DNA of 64,000 nucleotides, from positions 492 to 64,491 of the forward strand of contig JALEGK010000020.1 in the NCBI GenBank assembly GCA_022763105.1, read 5' to 3'. Under the pieces are notes generated by a model. It was not told where the DNA came from and did no database searches. It worked only from the letters and a program-made list of their open reading frames with translations. The translations under genes were made by a program, and so were the position numbers. Numbering within the stretch: the first letter of the stretch is position 1; each line of letters begins with the position of its first letter. Of this stretch, positions 35,427 through 45,678 are shown piece after piece. This stretch comes from Rickettsiales bacterium. GTDB taxonomy: Bacteria > Pseudomonadota > Alphaproteobacteria > Rickettsiales > UBA3002.

Positions 35427-36527
35427 ATGCGATATTACATCATTTATCTCATGAAGCACTTAGCGTGGCCGACCTTGCTGATTACCGCGTCGCTGACCTG
35501 TATTATTTGGTTAACGCAAGCGCTGCGATTTATTGATTTTATTATCAATCGCGGTTTGTCGATTGGTGACTTTATTTATATCACCTCGCTGCTATTCCCA
35601 TCGCTGCTAATGTTGCTAATTCCTGTATCGCTGTTTGTAGCGGTGACATTTACCTACAACAAGTTACTGGTCGATAGCGAGTTGATTGTCTTGCGTGCCG
35701 CAGGGCTGAGTCGATGGCAGCTAGCCAAGCCCGCCATTTTGGTGGCGTTAGTGATGACCTTATTCTGCTATGCGCTATCGCTTTATTTCTTGCCGCTTTC
35801 TAACCGTCAGTTCAATGATATGCGCACCTTCCTGCGCGATAATTATACCTCTGTGCTGTTACAAGAAGAGGTGTTTAACACGCCGGTTGAAGGCTTGACT
35901 GTATTTGTAAGAGAGCGTGATTCTGAAGGTCAGCTTTACGGTATTTTGGTGCATGATAACCGAGCCCAGCTCAACCCGGTGACGATGATGGCGGAAGAAG
36001 GCAGGCTGGTTCAGACCGATAGCGGGCCGAAATTCTTCCTTGTGAAGGGCATGCGCCAAGAGGTGCGTAAGGGGCGTATTTCGTGGCTTAATTTTGATGA
36101 ATATACGCTGGATATTCGCTTCTATACTGGTGTGATGCGACAACGTGACCGTGATGCGGATGAGAAATATTTAGGCGAACTGTTTGATACGGAGGGGATG
36201 ACGTCCAAAGAGAAGGCGCATCATGAGGCCGAAGGGCATCAGCGCTTGGTGTGGCCTTTGTATAATTTGGCTTTAACGCTGTTGGCGGTCACCATTTTGC
36301 TGTCTGGCGAGTTTAACCGCAGGGGGCAGTGGAAGCGCATATTAATGGCAGGAATTTCCGCAATTGTCGTGGCACTATGCGGCGTGGGCTTGCGTAATTT
36401 GGTGGTGAAAGAACCGATGATGATTCCGCTCATGTATGTGTTTGTGATTGGCATTTTTGTAGGCTCGGCCTTCTTCTTGTTCTGGCACCGAAAGCCTAGC
36501 CTTAAAGCCGCGCCGGAGGGGGTGTAG
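35427..36527 (+). CDS. lptF: LPS export ABC permease LptF
   Basis: YjgP/YjgQ-family layout, divergent from pepA. The track ORF starts at 35409; ATG 35427 (MRYYIIYLMKHL) is preferred. Confidence 0.85.
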   Translation: MRYYIIYLMKHLAWPTLLITASLTCIIWLTQALRFIDFIINRGLSIGDFIYITSLLFPSLLMLLIPVSLFVAVTFTYNKLLVDSELIVLRAAGLSRWQLAKPAILVALVMTLFCYALSLYFLPLSNRQFNDMRTFLRDNYTSVLLQEEVFNTPVEGLTVFVRERDSEGQLYGILVHDNRAQLNPVTMMAEEGRLVQTDSGPKFFLVKGMRQEVRKGRISWLNFDEYTLDIRFYTGVMRQRDRDADEKYLGELFDTEGMTSKEKAHHEAEGHQRLVWPLYNLALTLLAVTILLSGEFNRRGQWKRILMAGISAIVVALCGVGLRNLVVKEPMMIPLMYVFVIGIFVGSAFFLFWHRKPSLKAAPEGV

Positions 36528-37652
36528 ATGCGACTACCACTCACGCTTTCATACTATATTGCGCGTCATTTCTTCTTTGCGTTTTTGATTGCGTTAACCG
36601 TGATTCTGGTGGTGATTGGTTTGATCGAGTTGGTCGAGTTGATCCGCCGTGCATCGCATAAAGAATATAGCGTGCCATTTCATATTATTTTAGAGATGAC
36701 GCTGCTGAAAATCCCGCACACGGCTGAGAAGATTTTGCCGTTTGGTGTGCTCATTGGCTCGATGGTGTCGCTTTCGAAACTAGCGAAAAGCTCTGAGCTG
36801 GTTGTGGTGCGTGCCTCTGGCGTGTCGGTATGGCAGTTCCTGATGCCTCAATTGATTAGTGCCGTTCTCATTGGGTTTTTCTTTGCGGCTGTATTTAATC
36901 CGATCTCATCTGCGATGATTTCGCGTTATGAGAAGCTGGAAGGTAAGTATATCACGAACCGTCCAAGTATTTTATCGGTGTCGCCATCTGGGCTATGGTT
37001 GCGTCAGGTGGAAACGCTGGATGTAACGTTCAACAAAAAGCGCATCGAAGAATATATCATTCAGGCGCGTCGTATCTCTCAGAGTGATATGTCCTTGTCG
37101 CAGGTGATTATATTCGTCTTTGGCGAAGATAGTAAGTTTATCGGGCGGATTGATGCGCCAATGGCCAAGCTTGAGACGGGGTATTGGAAAATCAGCTCGC
37201 CAACCATGTCGTCCCCCGGATTAACGCCGGTGCGTCGTGATGTGTATCATCTGGAGACCGAGTTGAGCATTAACCAGATTAAAGAGAGCTTTGCCTCGCC
37301 TAAGACACTGTCTTTCTGGGAGTTGCCTGGATTTATTCAAGCGCTGGAGAAAGCTGGGTTTTCGGCGCTTCGTCATAAGCTGCATTGGAATACATTGCTC
37401 TCTATGCCGGTGATGCTGAGTGCGATGGTGCTGATCGCTTCCATCTTCTCGCTTCGTCATCACCGCAGAGGTGGGGTGGCGGTGCTGATTACCGCTGGGA
37501 TTATTTCCGGCTTTTTGGTCTATTTTGTCTCGAATCTTGTTTACGCGCTCGGATTTTCTGGCAGTTTACCAGTAGGTTTGGCGGCATGGACGCCTCCGAT
37601 GGTGGCCATTATGGTCGCCACAACGCTCCTGCTACATTTCGAAGATGGCTAA
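36528..37652 (+). CDS. lptG: LPS export ABC permease LptG
   Basis: 374 aa YjgP/YjgQ family protein. Its start directly abuts the lptF stop. Confidence 0.88.
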   Translation: MRLPLTLSYYIARHFFFAFLIALTVILVVIGLIELVELIRRASHKEYSVPFHIILEMTLLKIPHTAEKILPFGVLIGSMVSLSKLAKSSELVVVRASGVSVWQFLMPQLISAVLIGFFFAAVFNPISSAMISRYEKLEGKYITNRPSILSVSPSGLWLRQVETLDVTFNKKRIEEYIIQARRISQSDMSLSQVIIFVFGEDSKFIGRIDAPMAKLETGYWKISSPTMSSPGLTPVRRDVYHLETELSINQIKESFASPKTLSFWELPGFIQALEKAGFSALRHKLHWNTLLSMPVMLSAMVLIASIFSLRHHRRGGVAVLITAGIISGFLVYFVSNLVYALGFSGSLPVGLAAWTPPMVAIMVATTLLLHFEDG

Positions 37653-37750
37653 TTAAGCTGAGGATGGATTGGCGAAAGGTTTTGCCGTGAATTTCCGTAG
37701 ATTCTACTACTATTAGGTTTAGAAAAATAACGGAAAGCTACCTCGCTCGC

Positions 37751-39874
37751 ATGAATATAAGGCTCACCATCTGTGCCCTGATAGCATTTTGCTACACTAT
37801 CAGTGGTTCGGCGTTTGCTCAGCCCCAGCTTAGCAAGGATAGCCCTGTGTATATGCAGGCTGACCAGTTGGGCTATGATCAGAAGAACGCGATTGTGGTG
37901 GCGCAGGGCAATGTTGAGGTGGCGCAAGGCCAGACGAAGCTTCTTGCGCAGCGTATTACCTATTATCAGAATTACAATGTGGTACGGGCGGATGGTAATG
38001 TCCGCGTGATCGATGCGAAGGGTGAAGTGTATTACGCTGATCAGGTGCAATTGCGCGATGATTTGATGGAGGGTGTGGTAAAGCGCTTTAGAGCGCTGAT
38101 GTCCGATAATTCGCAGTTTACTGCACATGAAGCGCGCCGTTTATCAGAAGATTATGTCGAGCTAACCAAAGCGCTCTATACCCCATGCGAGGTGTGCGAA
38201 GGCGAGTCGCCCTTCTGGCAGATTAAAGCTGATAAGATTGCTGTCGATGGCAAGAAACAGCGCGTTTACTATGATGATGTGACACTAGAATTTATGGGGG
38301 TACCGGTTGCTTACGCACCGTATTTCTTCCACCCGACGCCAGAGGCGGAGCGCAAGTCCGGATTCTTGAAGCCCGAATATTCGCAAAGCTCGAATTTGGG
38401 CACCATGGTCAAAGTGCCATATTACTGGAACATCTCGCCAGATATGGATGCAACGATCACGCCGATCTTTACCTCGGAAGAGGGCATTATCATGCAGGGT
38501 GAATACCGCCAAATGTTTGATGACGGCCAGATGCAATTCAATGGCAGTATTACCTATCCGGATAAGCGTGATGCGCAAGGTCTGGTCATTGATGACCGAG
38601 AGATTCGTGGTCATATCTTTGCGCAAGGCTATTACAATTTAGATGAGCATTGGCGCAGTGGTTTTGATGTTCAGCGCAGTACCGATGACACGTATTTACG
38701 CAAATATCGCTACGGTAATCACGAGAGCTTAAACTCGCGTATTTATACCGAAGGGGTGTATGGCCGCAGCTATATCGATATTGAGGCGATGGCATTCCAA
38801 GGCTTGCGAAGCACCGATGATCCAGACCGTGAGCCGCTGATTTTACCGTTAGCGACGGGCTATTATGAGTCTGATCCGATGTGGCATGGTTCACGTTATT
38901 TTCTATCAGCTAATACGCAAGTGGTGACACGCGATGAAGGTGATAAGTCGGCACGTTTCTCGACCTCTGCGGGGTATAAGCTTCCCCATGTGACAGAGGG
39001 CGGCCATGTGTTTGAAAGCGAGATGAAGGTGCGAACGGATGTGTATTCTATCTCGGAGACAACGCTTAATAATGGGCAATCATACGAGGGCGAAGAGGTG
39101 CGGGTGATTCCGCAGGCATCGCTTAAATGGCGCTACCCGTTGCTTAAACAATGGAATGAGTCGAGTCTGATTTTAGAGCCAACCGTCTTAGCGGTGGCGA
39201 GCACGAATGGTAATAATCCGGATGAAATTCCGAATGAAGATAACCGGATTGTTGAATTCAGCGATGCGGTGCTGTTTAGCACTGAGCGATTCCCCGGCTA
39301 TGACACGGTCGATGAAGGTAGCCGGATTGCTTATGGCATGCGTGGTCAGTGGTTGATGGATGATGACACCAATGTGCAATTCATGTTTGGTCAGAATTTC
39401 AGTTTCGAAGATGACACGCCTTACCCATACAATAACGAGCCGGGCGAGAGTTTCTCGGATTATGTGGGGCGCTTAGCGGTTAGCTATAACCCTGTCACGG
39501 TTGCGTATCGTTTCCGTTTGGACCAGCATGATTTCAAACCAAATACCAATGCGCTTGAAGTGGCTTATACGAGCAGCTCTTTCAGCTTCCGTACGCATTA
39601 TGTGTCGCTTGATAATGATAATTTCTTGCTGGAGCGTGAAGAGATTCTCATGGCGCTGCAACTAGCGCTCAGCGATGAATGGAGCATCAATGGCTCGATG
39701 CGCCGAGATTTGCTGACCGAATCAATGATTTATGCCGGTGGCGGACTGACCTACCAGAATGATTGTTTTATGCTTCAAACCGGTGTAAACCGTTCCTACA
39801 TACGTGATAGAGATGTTGAACCCGATACCAATTTTACGGTGCGTGTTGCCTTTAAGAACCTGAATTCCCTATGA
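37751..39874 (+). CDS. lptD: LPS-assembly outer-membrane protein LptD
   Basis: 707 aa. Signal peptide, OstA-like N-terminus (ADQLGYDQKNAIVVAQGNVEV) and a large beta-barrel. Confidence 0.9.
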   Translation: MNIRLTICALIAFCYTISGSAFAQPQLSKDSPVYMQADQLGYDQKNAIVVAQGNVEVAQGQTKLLAQRITYYQNYNVVRADGNVRVIDAKGEVYYADQVQLRDDLMEGVVKRFRALMSDNSQFTAHEARRLSEDYVELTKALYTPCEVCEGESPFWQIKADKIAVDGKKQRVYYDDVTLEFMGVPVAYAPYFFHPTPEAERKSGFLKPEYSQSSNLGTMVKVPYYWNISPDMDATITPIFTSEEGIIMQGEYRQMFDDGQMQFNGSITYPDKRDAQGLVIDDREIRGHIFAQGYYNLDEHWRSGFDVQRSTDDTYLRKYRYGNHESLNSRIYTEGVYGRSYIDIEAMAFQGLRSTDDPDREPLILPLATGYYESDPMWHGSRYFLSANTQVVTRDEGDKSARFSTSAGYKLPHVTEGGHVFESEMKVRTDVYSISETTLNNGQSYEGEEVRVIPQASLKWRYPLLKQWNESSLILEPTVLAVASTNGNNPDEIPNEDNRIVEFSDAVLFSTERFPGYDTVDEGSRIAYGMRGQWLMDDDTNVQFMFGQNFSFEDDTPYPYNNEPGESFSDYVGRLAVSYNPVTVAYRFRLDQHDFKPNTNALEVAYTSSSFSFRTHYVSLDNDNFLLEREEILMALQLALSDEWSINGSMRRDLLTESMIYAGGGLTYQNDCFMLQTGVNRSYIRDRDVEPDTNFTVRVAFKNLNSL

Positions 39875-41232
39875 TAAATGTGATTAAAACCCTGTTTGCC
39901 CTATTGGTGCTATTCATTGCGCTTCCTGCCTTTGCTGAAGAAGAGGCGGGGGGAGAAGTGATGGAAGAAGCGGCAGAAGAAAGCGCAGCTGAGGCAGAAG
40001 AAGAGCAGGTTATCGCATCGGTTCAAAAGCAGGCTCCGAGTAATCACTACACCGTGATGGCTGTGGTCAATGATGATGTGATTTCATCGTTGGATGTAGA
40101 AGAGCGTTTGCGTCTGATTATTTCGACAAGTGGGCGTCCGGATACGCCAGAGACGCGCCGCATGATCGCGCCGCGTATTGTGAGTTCACTGGTGGAGGAG
40201 CGTCTAAAGCTTCAAGCGGCGCGCCAACAGAATATCATGATCTCTAAGAAAGACATCGATGCGGCGATTTCTCGCATTGAGCAGGCGCAAGGTAAAGATA
40301 AAGGAAGTTTAGAATCTTTGCTTGAGCAGAATGATCTGTCGCTCGTTTCATTCCATCAGCAGGTGAAAAGCGAAGTGGCGTGGAATAAAATTCTGGCACG
40401 CAAGATTCGCCGTAATGTCATCATCTCAGAAGAAGAGATTACGCGTTCTCAAAAGCGTTTGGCGGCGGGAAAGAAAGTTGAAGAATGGCAGATTGCTAGT
40501 TTGAGCTTTCCAGCAGCTAGCGCCGAAGAATTATCTGTTATTGAACCGGCGGTGGTGGGGTTGCGCGAAGAGCTGATTAAAGGCAAAGCCCTGACCGAAG
40601 TGGTTCAGGATTACCCTAAGCTAAAAATGCAGGTGGCGCCTTCGGCATGGATTCGCCGAGATATGCTGAATCCAATGGTAGAGAAAGTGCTGCAAACCCT
40701 AGAGAAGGGGGGTATTGCGCCGCCAGCTCGTACGCCTGAAGGCTTACAGCTGATTCGCTTGTTAGATCGTCGTTCGCGTTTGGTGAAACCGAATGCCAAT
40801 GCGGAAGTAGCGCTGAAGCAGATCATTTTGAAAATGGGTGAGAAATCGAGTGATTTTGAAATTGATGTGATGATGGATGTTGCACGTTCTATTGCGAAAT
40901 ATCCGGGTAGTTGCTTGCACAAAGGCGTTGCAGGGACCGAGAATTTTGAAGGGCTGGATATTGATGTGAATTACATTCGCACGACACTCGCCAATATGTC
41001 TGCTGAGTTGCGTCCAATGGTTGAGCCGATGAATGTCTCACAAATTACCGAGCCATTTGCTGCACCTGATGGCATTCACATGCTGATGTTATGCGAGCGT
41101 ATCGAAATGCCGGCACCACTGCCTGAAAAAGAAGAGGTGCGCCAAGTGCTATTCCAAGAAAAGCTTCAGCTAGAAGCGGAGAAATATTTGCGCAGTCTTA
41201 AGCGCGATGCGTTTATTGATATTCGAGTCTAG
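39871..41232 (+). CDS. surA: SurA-like periplasmic chaperone
   Basis: 453 aa. Signal peptide, acidic linker and SurA N-domain pattern. 4-nt overlap with lptD. Confidence 0.75.
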   Translation: MINVIKTLFALLVLFIALPAFAEEEAGGEVMEEAAEESAAEAEEEQVIASVQKQAPSNHYTVMAVVNDDVISSLDVEERLRLIISTSGRPDTPETRRMIAPRIVSSLVEERLKLQAARQQNIMISKKDIDAAISRIEQAQGKDKGSLESLLEQNDLSLVSFHQQVKSEVAWNKILARKIRRNVIISEEEITRSQKRLAAGKKVEEWQIASLSFPAASAEELSVIEPAVVGLREELIKGKALTEVVQDYPKLKMQVAPSAWIRRDMLNPMVEKVLQTLEKGGIAPPARTPEGLQLIRLLDRRSRLVKPNANAEVALKQIILKMGEKSSDFEIDVMMDVARSIAKYPGSCLHKGVAGTENFEGLDIDVNYIRTTLANMSAELRPMVEPMNVSQITEPFAAPDGIHMLMLCERIEMPAPLPEKEEVRQVLFQEKLQLEAEKYLRSLKRDAFIDIRV

Positions 41233-41234
41233 CA

Positions 41235-42065
41235 TTGGCTGATTCACTTCCACCGATTGAAGATGTGATACGTCAGCACCGTTTGCTGACCAAGAAAAGC
41301 TTAGGGCAGCACTTCCTGCTCGATAGTCATCTGACCGATCAGATTGTGGCGCTTGCCGGCGATTTGTCAGATACTCATGTAATTGAGATTGGTCCCGGCC
41401 CGGGTGGGCTTAGCCGTTCTATTTTAGCGGCAGGTGCGAAGCAACTAACCGTGATTGAAAAAGATGCACGCTGCATTCCTATTCTGCAGCAAATCAAGTC
41501 GCATGAGCCGGAGCGTTTTCATTTCATTGATGCGGATGCACTTACACTTGATCTAACTGAAATTGCTTCTGCACCGCGCGCCATTATTGCGAACCTGCCA
41601 TATAATGTTGGCACCGATATGCTGCTGCGTTGGTTGGACAAGATCGCTTCTGATTCGCGCGTGTTTAGTTCACTCACTTTGATGTTTCAAAAGGAAGTGG
41701 CCGAAAGAGTGGCGGCACGCTTGGGTACATCGGCGTATGGGCGCCTGTCGATTTTTGCGCAATGGCTCTGTCATGTAGAGCTGCGCATGTTAGTGCCGGC
41801 AGAAGCATTTAGCCCGCCGCCCAAAGTGGATTCTGCGATTGTGCAATTGGTGCCGCGTGAGGTGCCGCTCTTTGAGGCAGATAAATCGCGGCTAGAAAAA
41901 GTCGTGCAGGTGGCGTTTCAGCAGCGCCGAAAAATGCTGCGCTCTGCATTAAAACCGATGGGTGCTGATTTTATTGCTAAGACTGAAGATGCAGGGATTG
42001 ATGTGAGTTTGCGCGCCGAGCAATTAAGCCCAGAGCAATTTGGGGTATTGGCGCGAATTAGCTAG
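41235..42065 (+). CDS. rsmA: 16S rRNA (adenine1518/1519-N6)-dimethyltransferase
   Basis: 276 aa with a TTG start. KKSLGQHFL, VIEIGPGPGGLS, and NLPYN. Confidence 0.9.
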   Translation: MADSLPPIEDVIRQHRLLTKKSLGQHFLLDSHLTDQIVALAGDLSDTHVIEIGPGPGGLSRSILAAGAKQLTVIEKDARCIPILQQIKSHEPERFHFIDADALTLDLTEIASAPRAIIANLPYNVGTDMLLRWLDKIASDSRVFSSLTLMFQKEVAERVAARLGTSAYGRLSIFAQWLCHVELRMLVPAEAFSPPPKVDSAIVQLVPREVPLFEADKSRLEKVVQVAFQQRRKMLRSALKPMGADFIAKTEDAGIDVSLRAEQLSPEQFGVLARIS

Positions 42066-42714
42066 CTTTGGCTTTTGGGTTGCACAGACTATCGATGAAG
42101 TGAGGCAGGTTGGTTTGACGAATGCGCTTGGAGCGCTCGGCTTCTAGAATGTGCACGATCTTTGCCAGCGCGACATCGAGATCTTCATTGACGACGACGT
42201 AATCATATTCTTCCCAATGGCTGATTTCCGCCGCGGCTTTCGCCATGCGGTGTTTCACCACGTCTTCACTATCTTGCCCACGGCCACGCAGGCGGCGCTC
42301 TAATTCATCGAGTGATGGTGGAAGGATAAAGACACTTACCAGATCATCACGGCGTTTTTCTTTTAGCTGGCGCGTGCCTTGCCAGTCGATGTCGAACAAT
42401 ACATCGACGCCTTTGATGAGCGAAGACTCAACCAATTCATTGGGCGTGCCATAATAATGCTCAAAGACTTTGGCGTGCTCGAGTAGTTTGTTCTCATCGA
42501 CCATTTGGTTGAAGGTATCAACATCTTCGAAATAGTAATCTTTGCCGTCGATCTCGCCGGGACGTTTGGGGCGTGTGGTAACGGAGATTGACATGGTCAG
42601 CCCGTCATGGCTGCCAAGCAGTCGTCGTGACAAGGTGGTTTTACCTGCTCCCGAAGGAGAGGAAAGCACGAACATAAAGCCGCGTCGTATTTCCGATGCG
42701 TTACTAGTTTCCAT
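42058..42714 (-). CDS. gmk: Guanylate kinase
   Basis: 218 aa. SSPSGAGKTTL P-loop. Confidence 0.92.
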   Translation of the reverse strand: METSNASEIRRGFMFVLSSPSGAGKTTLSRRLLGSHDGLTMSISVTTRPKRPGEIDGKDYYFEDVDTFNQMVDENKLLEHAKVFEHYYGTPNELVESSLIKGVDVLFDIDWQGTRQLKEKRRDDLVSVFILPPSLDELERRLRGRGQDSEDVVKHRMAKAAAEISHWEEYDYVVVNEDLDVALAKIVHILEAERSKRIRQTNLPHFIDSLCNPKAKAS

Positions 42715-43129
42715 CCGCCTTTACAATAAATCTAGCTGTTATACTTCCGCCATCCTGAAACCCGAAGGTGACAGGAAATGCCGTGTCTTTACGTAGCTCT
42801 TTCTCCAGGCCGATAAACATAATATGCACGCTGCCAGGCTCGGCTCTGATGATCGCGCCGGGCGGGATGGTCAGGCCACCTAGTTGGCGCATCTGCATGA
42901 CATCGCCTTCTTTTACATGGGTATGAATTTCAACGCGTTCACTGACCGGGCTGCTAACGCTCACCAATGTGCGATTGGTGGTGCCGCGATTCTGAATAAG
43001 GAAATAGGCGGCTCCGACATCTGCACCCACAAGCGTTGATTTCGCCCAAGGCTCGAGGATGTCGATGGTTTCGGCGTGCGCGATGGAACTTATCAGGCTG
43101 AGCGCGATGAATGCAATAAAGTGTCGCAT
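42704..43129 (-). CDS. Periplasmic copper chaperone PCu(A)C (DUF461)
   Basis: 141 aa. Signal peptide and HTHVKEGDVMQMR H(M)x10Mx21HxM-type motif region. Confidence 0.8.
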   Translation of the reverse strand: MRHFIAFIALSLISSIAHAETIDILEPWAKSTLVGADVGAAYFLIQNRGTTNRTLVSVSSPVSERVEIHTHVKEGDVMQMRQLGGLTIPPGAIIRAEPGSVHIMFIGLEKELRKDTAFPVTFGFQDGGSITARFIVKADGN

Positions 43130-43130
43130 A

Positions 43131-43736
43131 TTAGTCTCCCGATTGGATGGTACGCTTGAGCGTATCTGCTAATGTTTTCTCCGCTACATTATGAGGGAAA
43201 TGGGTTAGATATTCACCCTTTTTATTCATTAAAAACAAATATCCAGAGTGATCGACCATATAGCCTAGCGCAGAATCTTTTTGTTCTACTTTAGCGAAAT
43301 AGACTTTATAGGCATTTGCCGCCACTTTGACCTGTTTTGTGGTGCCGGTTAGGCCAATGAATGACGAATGAAAATTAGAGACGTATAATTTCAGTGTTTC
43401 GACCGTATCCCGCTCTGGGTCTACCGTAATGAAGACAGGCTGGAATTGCTCAGCTAAGTCACCAATTTGCTCAAGTGCATTCGATACGACCAGTAGCGAG
43501 GTTGGGCAGATATCTGGGCAGTAGGTAAAGCCGAAATAGACAAGGCTATATTTGCCTTCTAGATCTTTGTTGGTAAATGGTTTTCCATGATGGTCTGTGA
43601 GTGAAAAATCGCCACCAATCAGCGCCTTACCGGAATATTTAGTGTTGTTTGGCGTTAAAAAGTCGCTCGTGCCAAGGTATAACATGGCAAAAATGCCAAC
43701 GATGACCACGACCATGAGAATTGCTAATGTGCGCAT
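43131..43736 (-). CDS. SCO1/SenC-family copper-binding thioredoxin-like protein
   Basis: 201 aa. N-terminal TM helix and FGFTYCPDICP CxxxC motif. Confidence 0.88.
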   Translation of the reverse strand: MRTLAILMVVVIVGIFAMLYLGTSDFLTPNNTKYSGKALIGGDFSLTDHHGKPFTNKDLEGKYSLVYFGFTYCPDICPTSLLVVSNALEQIGDLAEQFQPVFITVDPERDTVETLKLYVSNFHSSFIGLTGTTKQVKVAANAYKVYFAKVEQKDSALGYMVDHSGYLFLMNKKGEYLTHFPHNVAEKTLADTLKRTIQSGD

Positions 43737-43846
43737 GGGGTAGCTTTAGCCAGTGAATGGGTAAAAGTAAAGCCGCTTTGGCCTGCTTTTTAGGTTGTTA
43801 TGTGTCGTGGAATAAATCTGTAAGCATTTAATAAACTTGATAAAAA

Positions 43847-43875
43847 TTGACAAATCCTCGTTTTTTTGCTAGCAT
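43847..43875 (+). promoter_or_regulatory. Sigma70-like promoter candidate
   Basis: TTGACA (43847-43852), a 17-nt spacer, then TAGCAT (43870-43875). The -10 element ends 32 nt upstream of ATG 43908. Confidence 0.45.
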
Positions 43876-43907
43876 GGTTCTGTAATAATAAATGCAACAG
43901 GTAGGAC

Positions 43908-44651
43908 ATGATTGTTCCAGTAGCTGCAGTTTCTGCGACTCAGCCTGTTCAGCAAAATGCTAACACGGCTGTTTTAGGAGTACCCACGGAGACGTCATTA
44001 TTGGCGCGGATTCCGTTTCGTGCGGTACCGGCAACGATTTCTAATTCTGAAGTTTTCAATAATACCAAAACGTCTGTTCCCGTGCGCGATAGTCAGAACA
44101 GTGCGCCGCAAGCATCGTTTGCACAGGCGGCGACGACCACTTCTGCGCTCAGACGTGCGAGCACCGCACCGCGCTATGGATTCTCTACGCTATTCATGAC
44201 GCAGGTGATGGGGCAGAGTAATGCCAATGATAATGCGTTGGTACGTGCATTCTATGATGCGGAATCACTCTTTCAGGCGCCGGGCAGCGAGGTGAAACAT
44301 CTGCCAAGTAATGCGTCTAAGCCAGACCCTGTGCCGCATGGTAACGCCAAGCTGAGCATGCCGATTGACCGGCCAGTCGTTGATCAGGAATTTGCAAAAG
44401 TGCAACCAAGTGTGAAGCCGATTACGGTGAACATACCGGACGTACCCGCACCGAAAATTGCAAACACGAGCAGCTCTCAGGTGGCTGCGGTGGTGCCGAA
44501 AATACAAGTGCCTGAAGCGCCGCAACCTGCGATTAAAACAGAAGGCTCACTGGTGCGCTCTTCGGGCACGCAAGCCTATCAAGATACGTTCTCGCGTAAT
44601 ATGCTTAGCATGGGTGAGATTGAACCGGACACGGTTGAGGTGTCTGTTTAA
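43908..44651 (+). CDS. Low-complexity Ala/Pro/Ser/Val/Gln-rich hypothetical protein
   Basis: 247 aa. AGGTAGGA RBS. No TM or signal peptide recognised. Confidence 0.5.
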   Translation: MIVPVAAVSATQPVQQNANTAVLGVPTETSLLARIPFRAVPATISNSEVFNNTKTSVPVRDSQNSAPQASFAQAATTTSALRRASTAPRYGFSTLFMTQVMGQSNANDNALVRAFYDAESLFQAPGSEVKHLPSNASKPDPVPHGNAKLSMPIDRPVVDQEFAKVQPSVKPITVNIPDVPAPKIANTSSSQVAAVVPKIQVPEAPQPAIKTEGSLVRSSGTQAYQDTFSRNMLSMGEIEPDTVEVSV

Positions 44652-45191
44652 TTAGCCAATCTTCGGCCAGCTAAGTTCACCCATTAAAATGATATCCATT
44701 GATTGTTCCGATAAATGCGCGATGCAATGATTTGTGTAATCGGCAAAGGCATTGAGCGTCTTATCTGACACCTCTTTTTCACGAAACAGATTATGCTTAA
44801 TGGCTTGCTTAATATTCTCTTGGGAATCGATGGCGTCAGCATAGACTGTGAGGCGGCCATTGAGTGCCTCGCCCATTTTCTTCATGCGGCGGGCAATGCC
44901 CGTATCACCTACGCCCAGCTCCCTCAATGAGCGATCCATATCTGAGATAAAGGTCTCGAGTACGGTTCTGGAAATGAGGTCTGCCTCTTCCGATTTGGCA
45001 TCTTTGAGTCGGTGCGATAGCAAAAACAAATGCAACAGAATCATGTCGAAGCGGCCATCGAGCGAATCTTCGACTTCGAGGTCCGTGTAAAAAAAAGGCT
45101 GACGCGCCTGAGCAACCAGTGTTATATACAGCCGGTGAGACGCCTCTTTTTCGAGGGATGGTTGAAACCAACGTGTCAATTGAGCAAACAT
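44652..45191 (-). CDS. Ubiquinol-cytochrome c chaperone (Cbp3-like) family protein
   Basis: 179 aa from ATG 45191 (MFAQLTRWF..); the track ORF extends to 45344. LYITLVAQARQPFFY..DSLDGRFDMILLHLFLL. Confidence 0.7.
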   Translation of the reverse strand: MFAQLTRWFQPSLEKEASHRLYITLVAQARQPFFYTDLEVEDSLDGRFDMILLHLFLLSHRLKDAKSEEADLISRTVLETFISDMDRSLRELGVGDTGIARRMKKMGEALNGRLTVYADAIDSQENIKQAIKHNLFREKEVSDKTLNAFADYTNHCIAHLSEQSMDIILMGELSWPKIG

Positions 45192-45198
45192 ACGGGGA

Positions 45199-45678
45199 AT
45201 GTACGTGCGCCACCGCCAAATGCAATCTTTATCCCTTCTTTTGAGCATTTTTTTGCTTAGCGCATGCGAAGCAATGGTGTCGCAGCGTGGCCATGTAGAT
45301 GAAAAGAATATGCTGGAAGAAGTGAAAGTGGGGGAGACCAGCAAATCGCAATTGGTCAGAGCCTTTGGTTCTCCATCCAGTGTTTCTAGCTTTGGCGAGA
45401 AGAGCTGGTATTACATTCGCTCTCGTAAAGTATCTGAGGCATTCTTTAAACCAGATATTACCGAACAAGAGGTGATCGAGGTTCGCTTTGATGATCAGGA
45501 TGTGGTGTCTGAGATTAAAACCTTTGATAAAGCAGATGCGACGCAGGTGGTGTCGGTGGAAAAAACCACACCAACAGAAGGGCACTCGCTTGGCTTCTTC
45601 GAGCAATTGTTGGGTAATCTGGGCCGCTTTAATAAAGGTCGGGATGCGACCACCGCTCCACGTCCGGGCGGCTTCTAA
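45199..45678 (+). CDS. bamE: Outer-membrane assembly lipoprotein BamE (SmpA/OmlA)
   Basis: Lipobox LLSAC. GETSKSQLVRAFGSPS...SWYYI. An alternative start is ATG 45220. Confidence 0.8.
   Translation: MYVRHRQMQSLSLLLSIFLLSACEAMVSQRGHVDEKNMLEEVKVGETSKSQLVRAFGSPSSVSSFGEKSWYYIRSRKVSEAFFKPDITEQEVIEVRFDDQDVVSEIKTFDKADATQVVSVEKTTPTEGHSLGFFEQLLGNLGRFNKGRDATTAPRPGGF

Noticed and set aside
37649-38128. A 159-aa minus-strand ORF overlapping the lptD start.
   Set aside because: It lies antisense to the well-supported OstA domain of lptD. The translation is His/Arg/Leu/Ile-rich and has no motifs.
39871-42065. surA is followed directly by rsmA, without the pdxA that commonly sits between them.
   Set aside because: This is a plain gene-order variation. 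The 2-nt gap shows no relic, and I do not consider it informative on its own.
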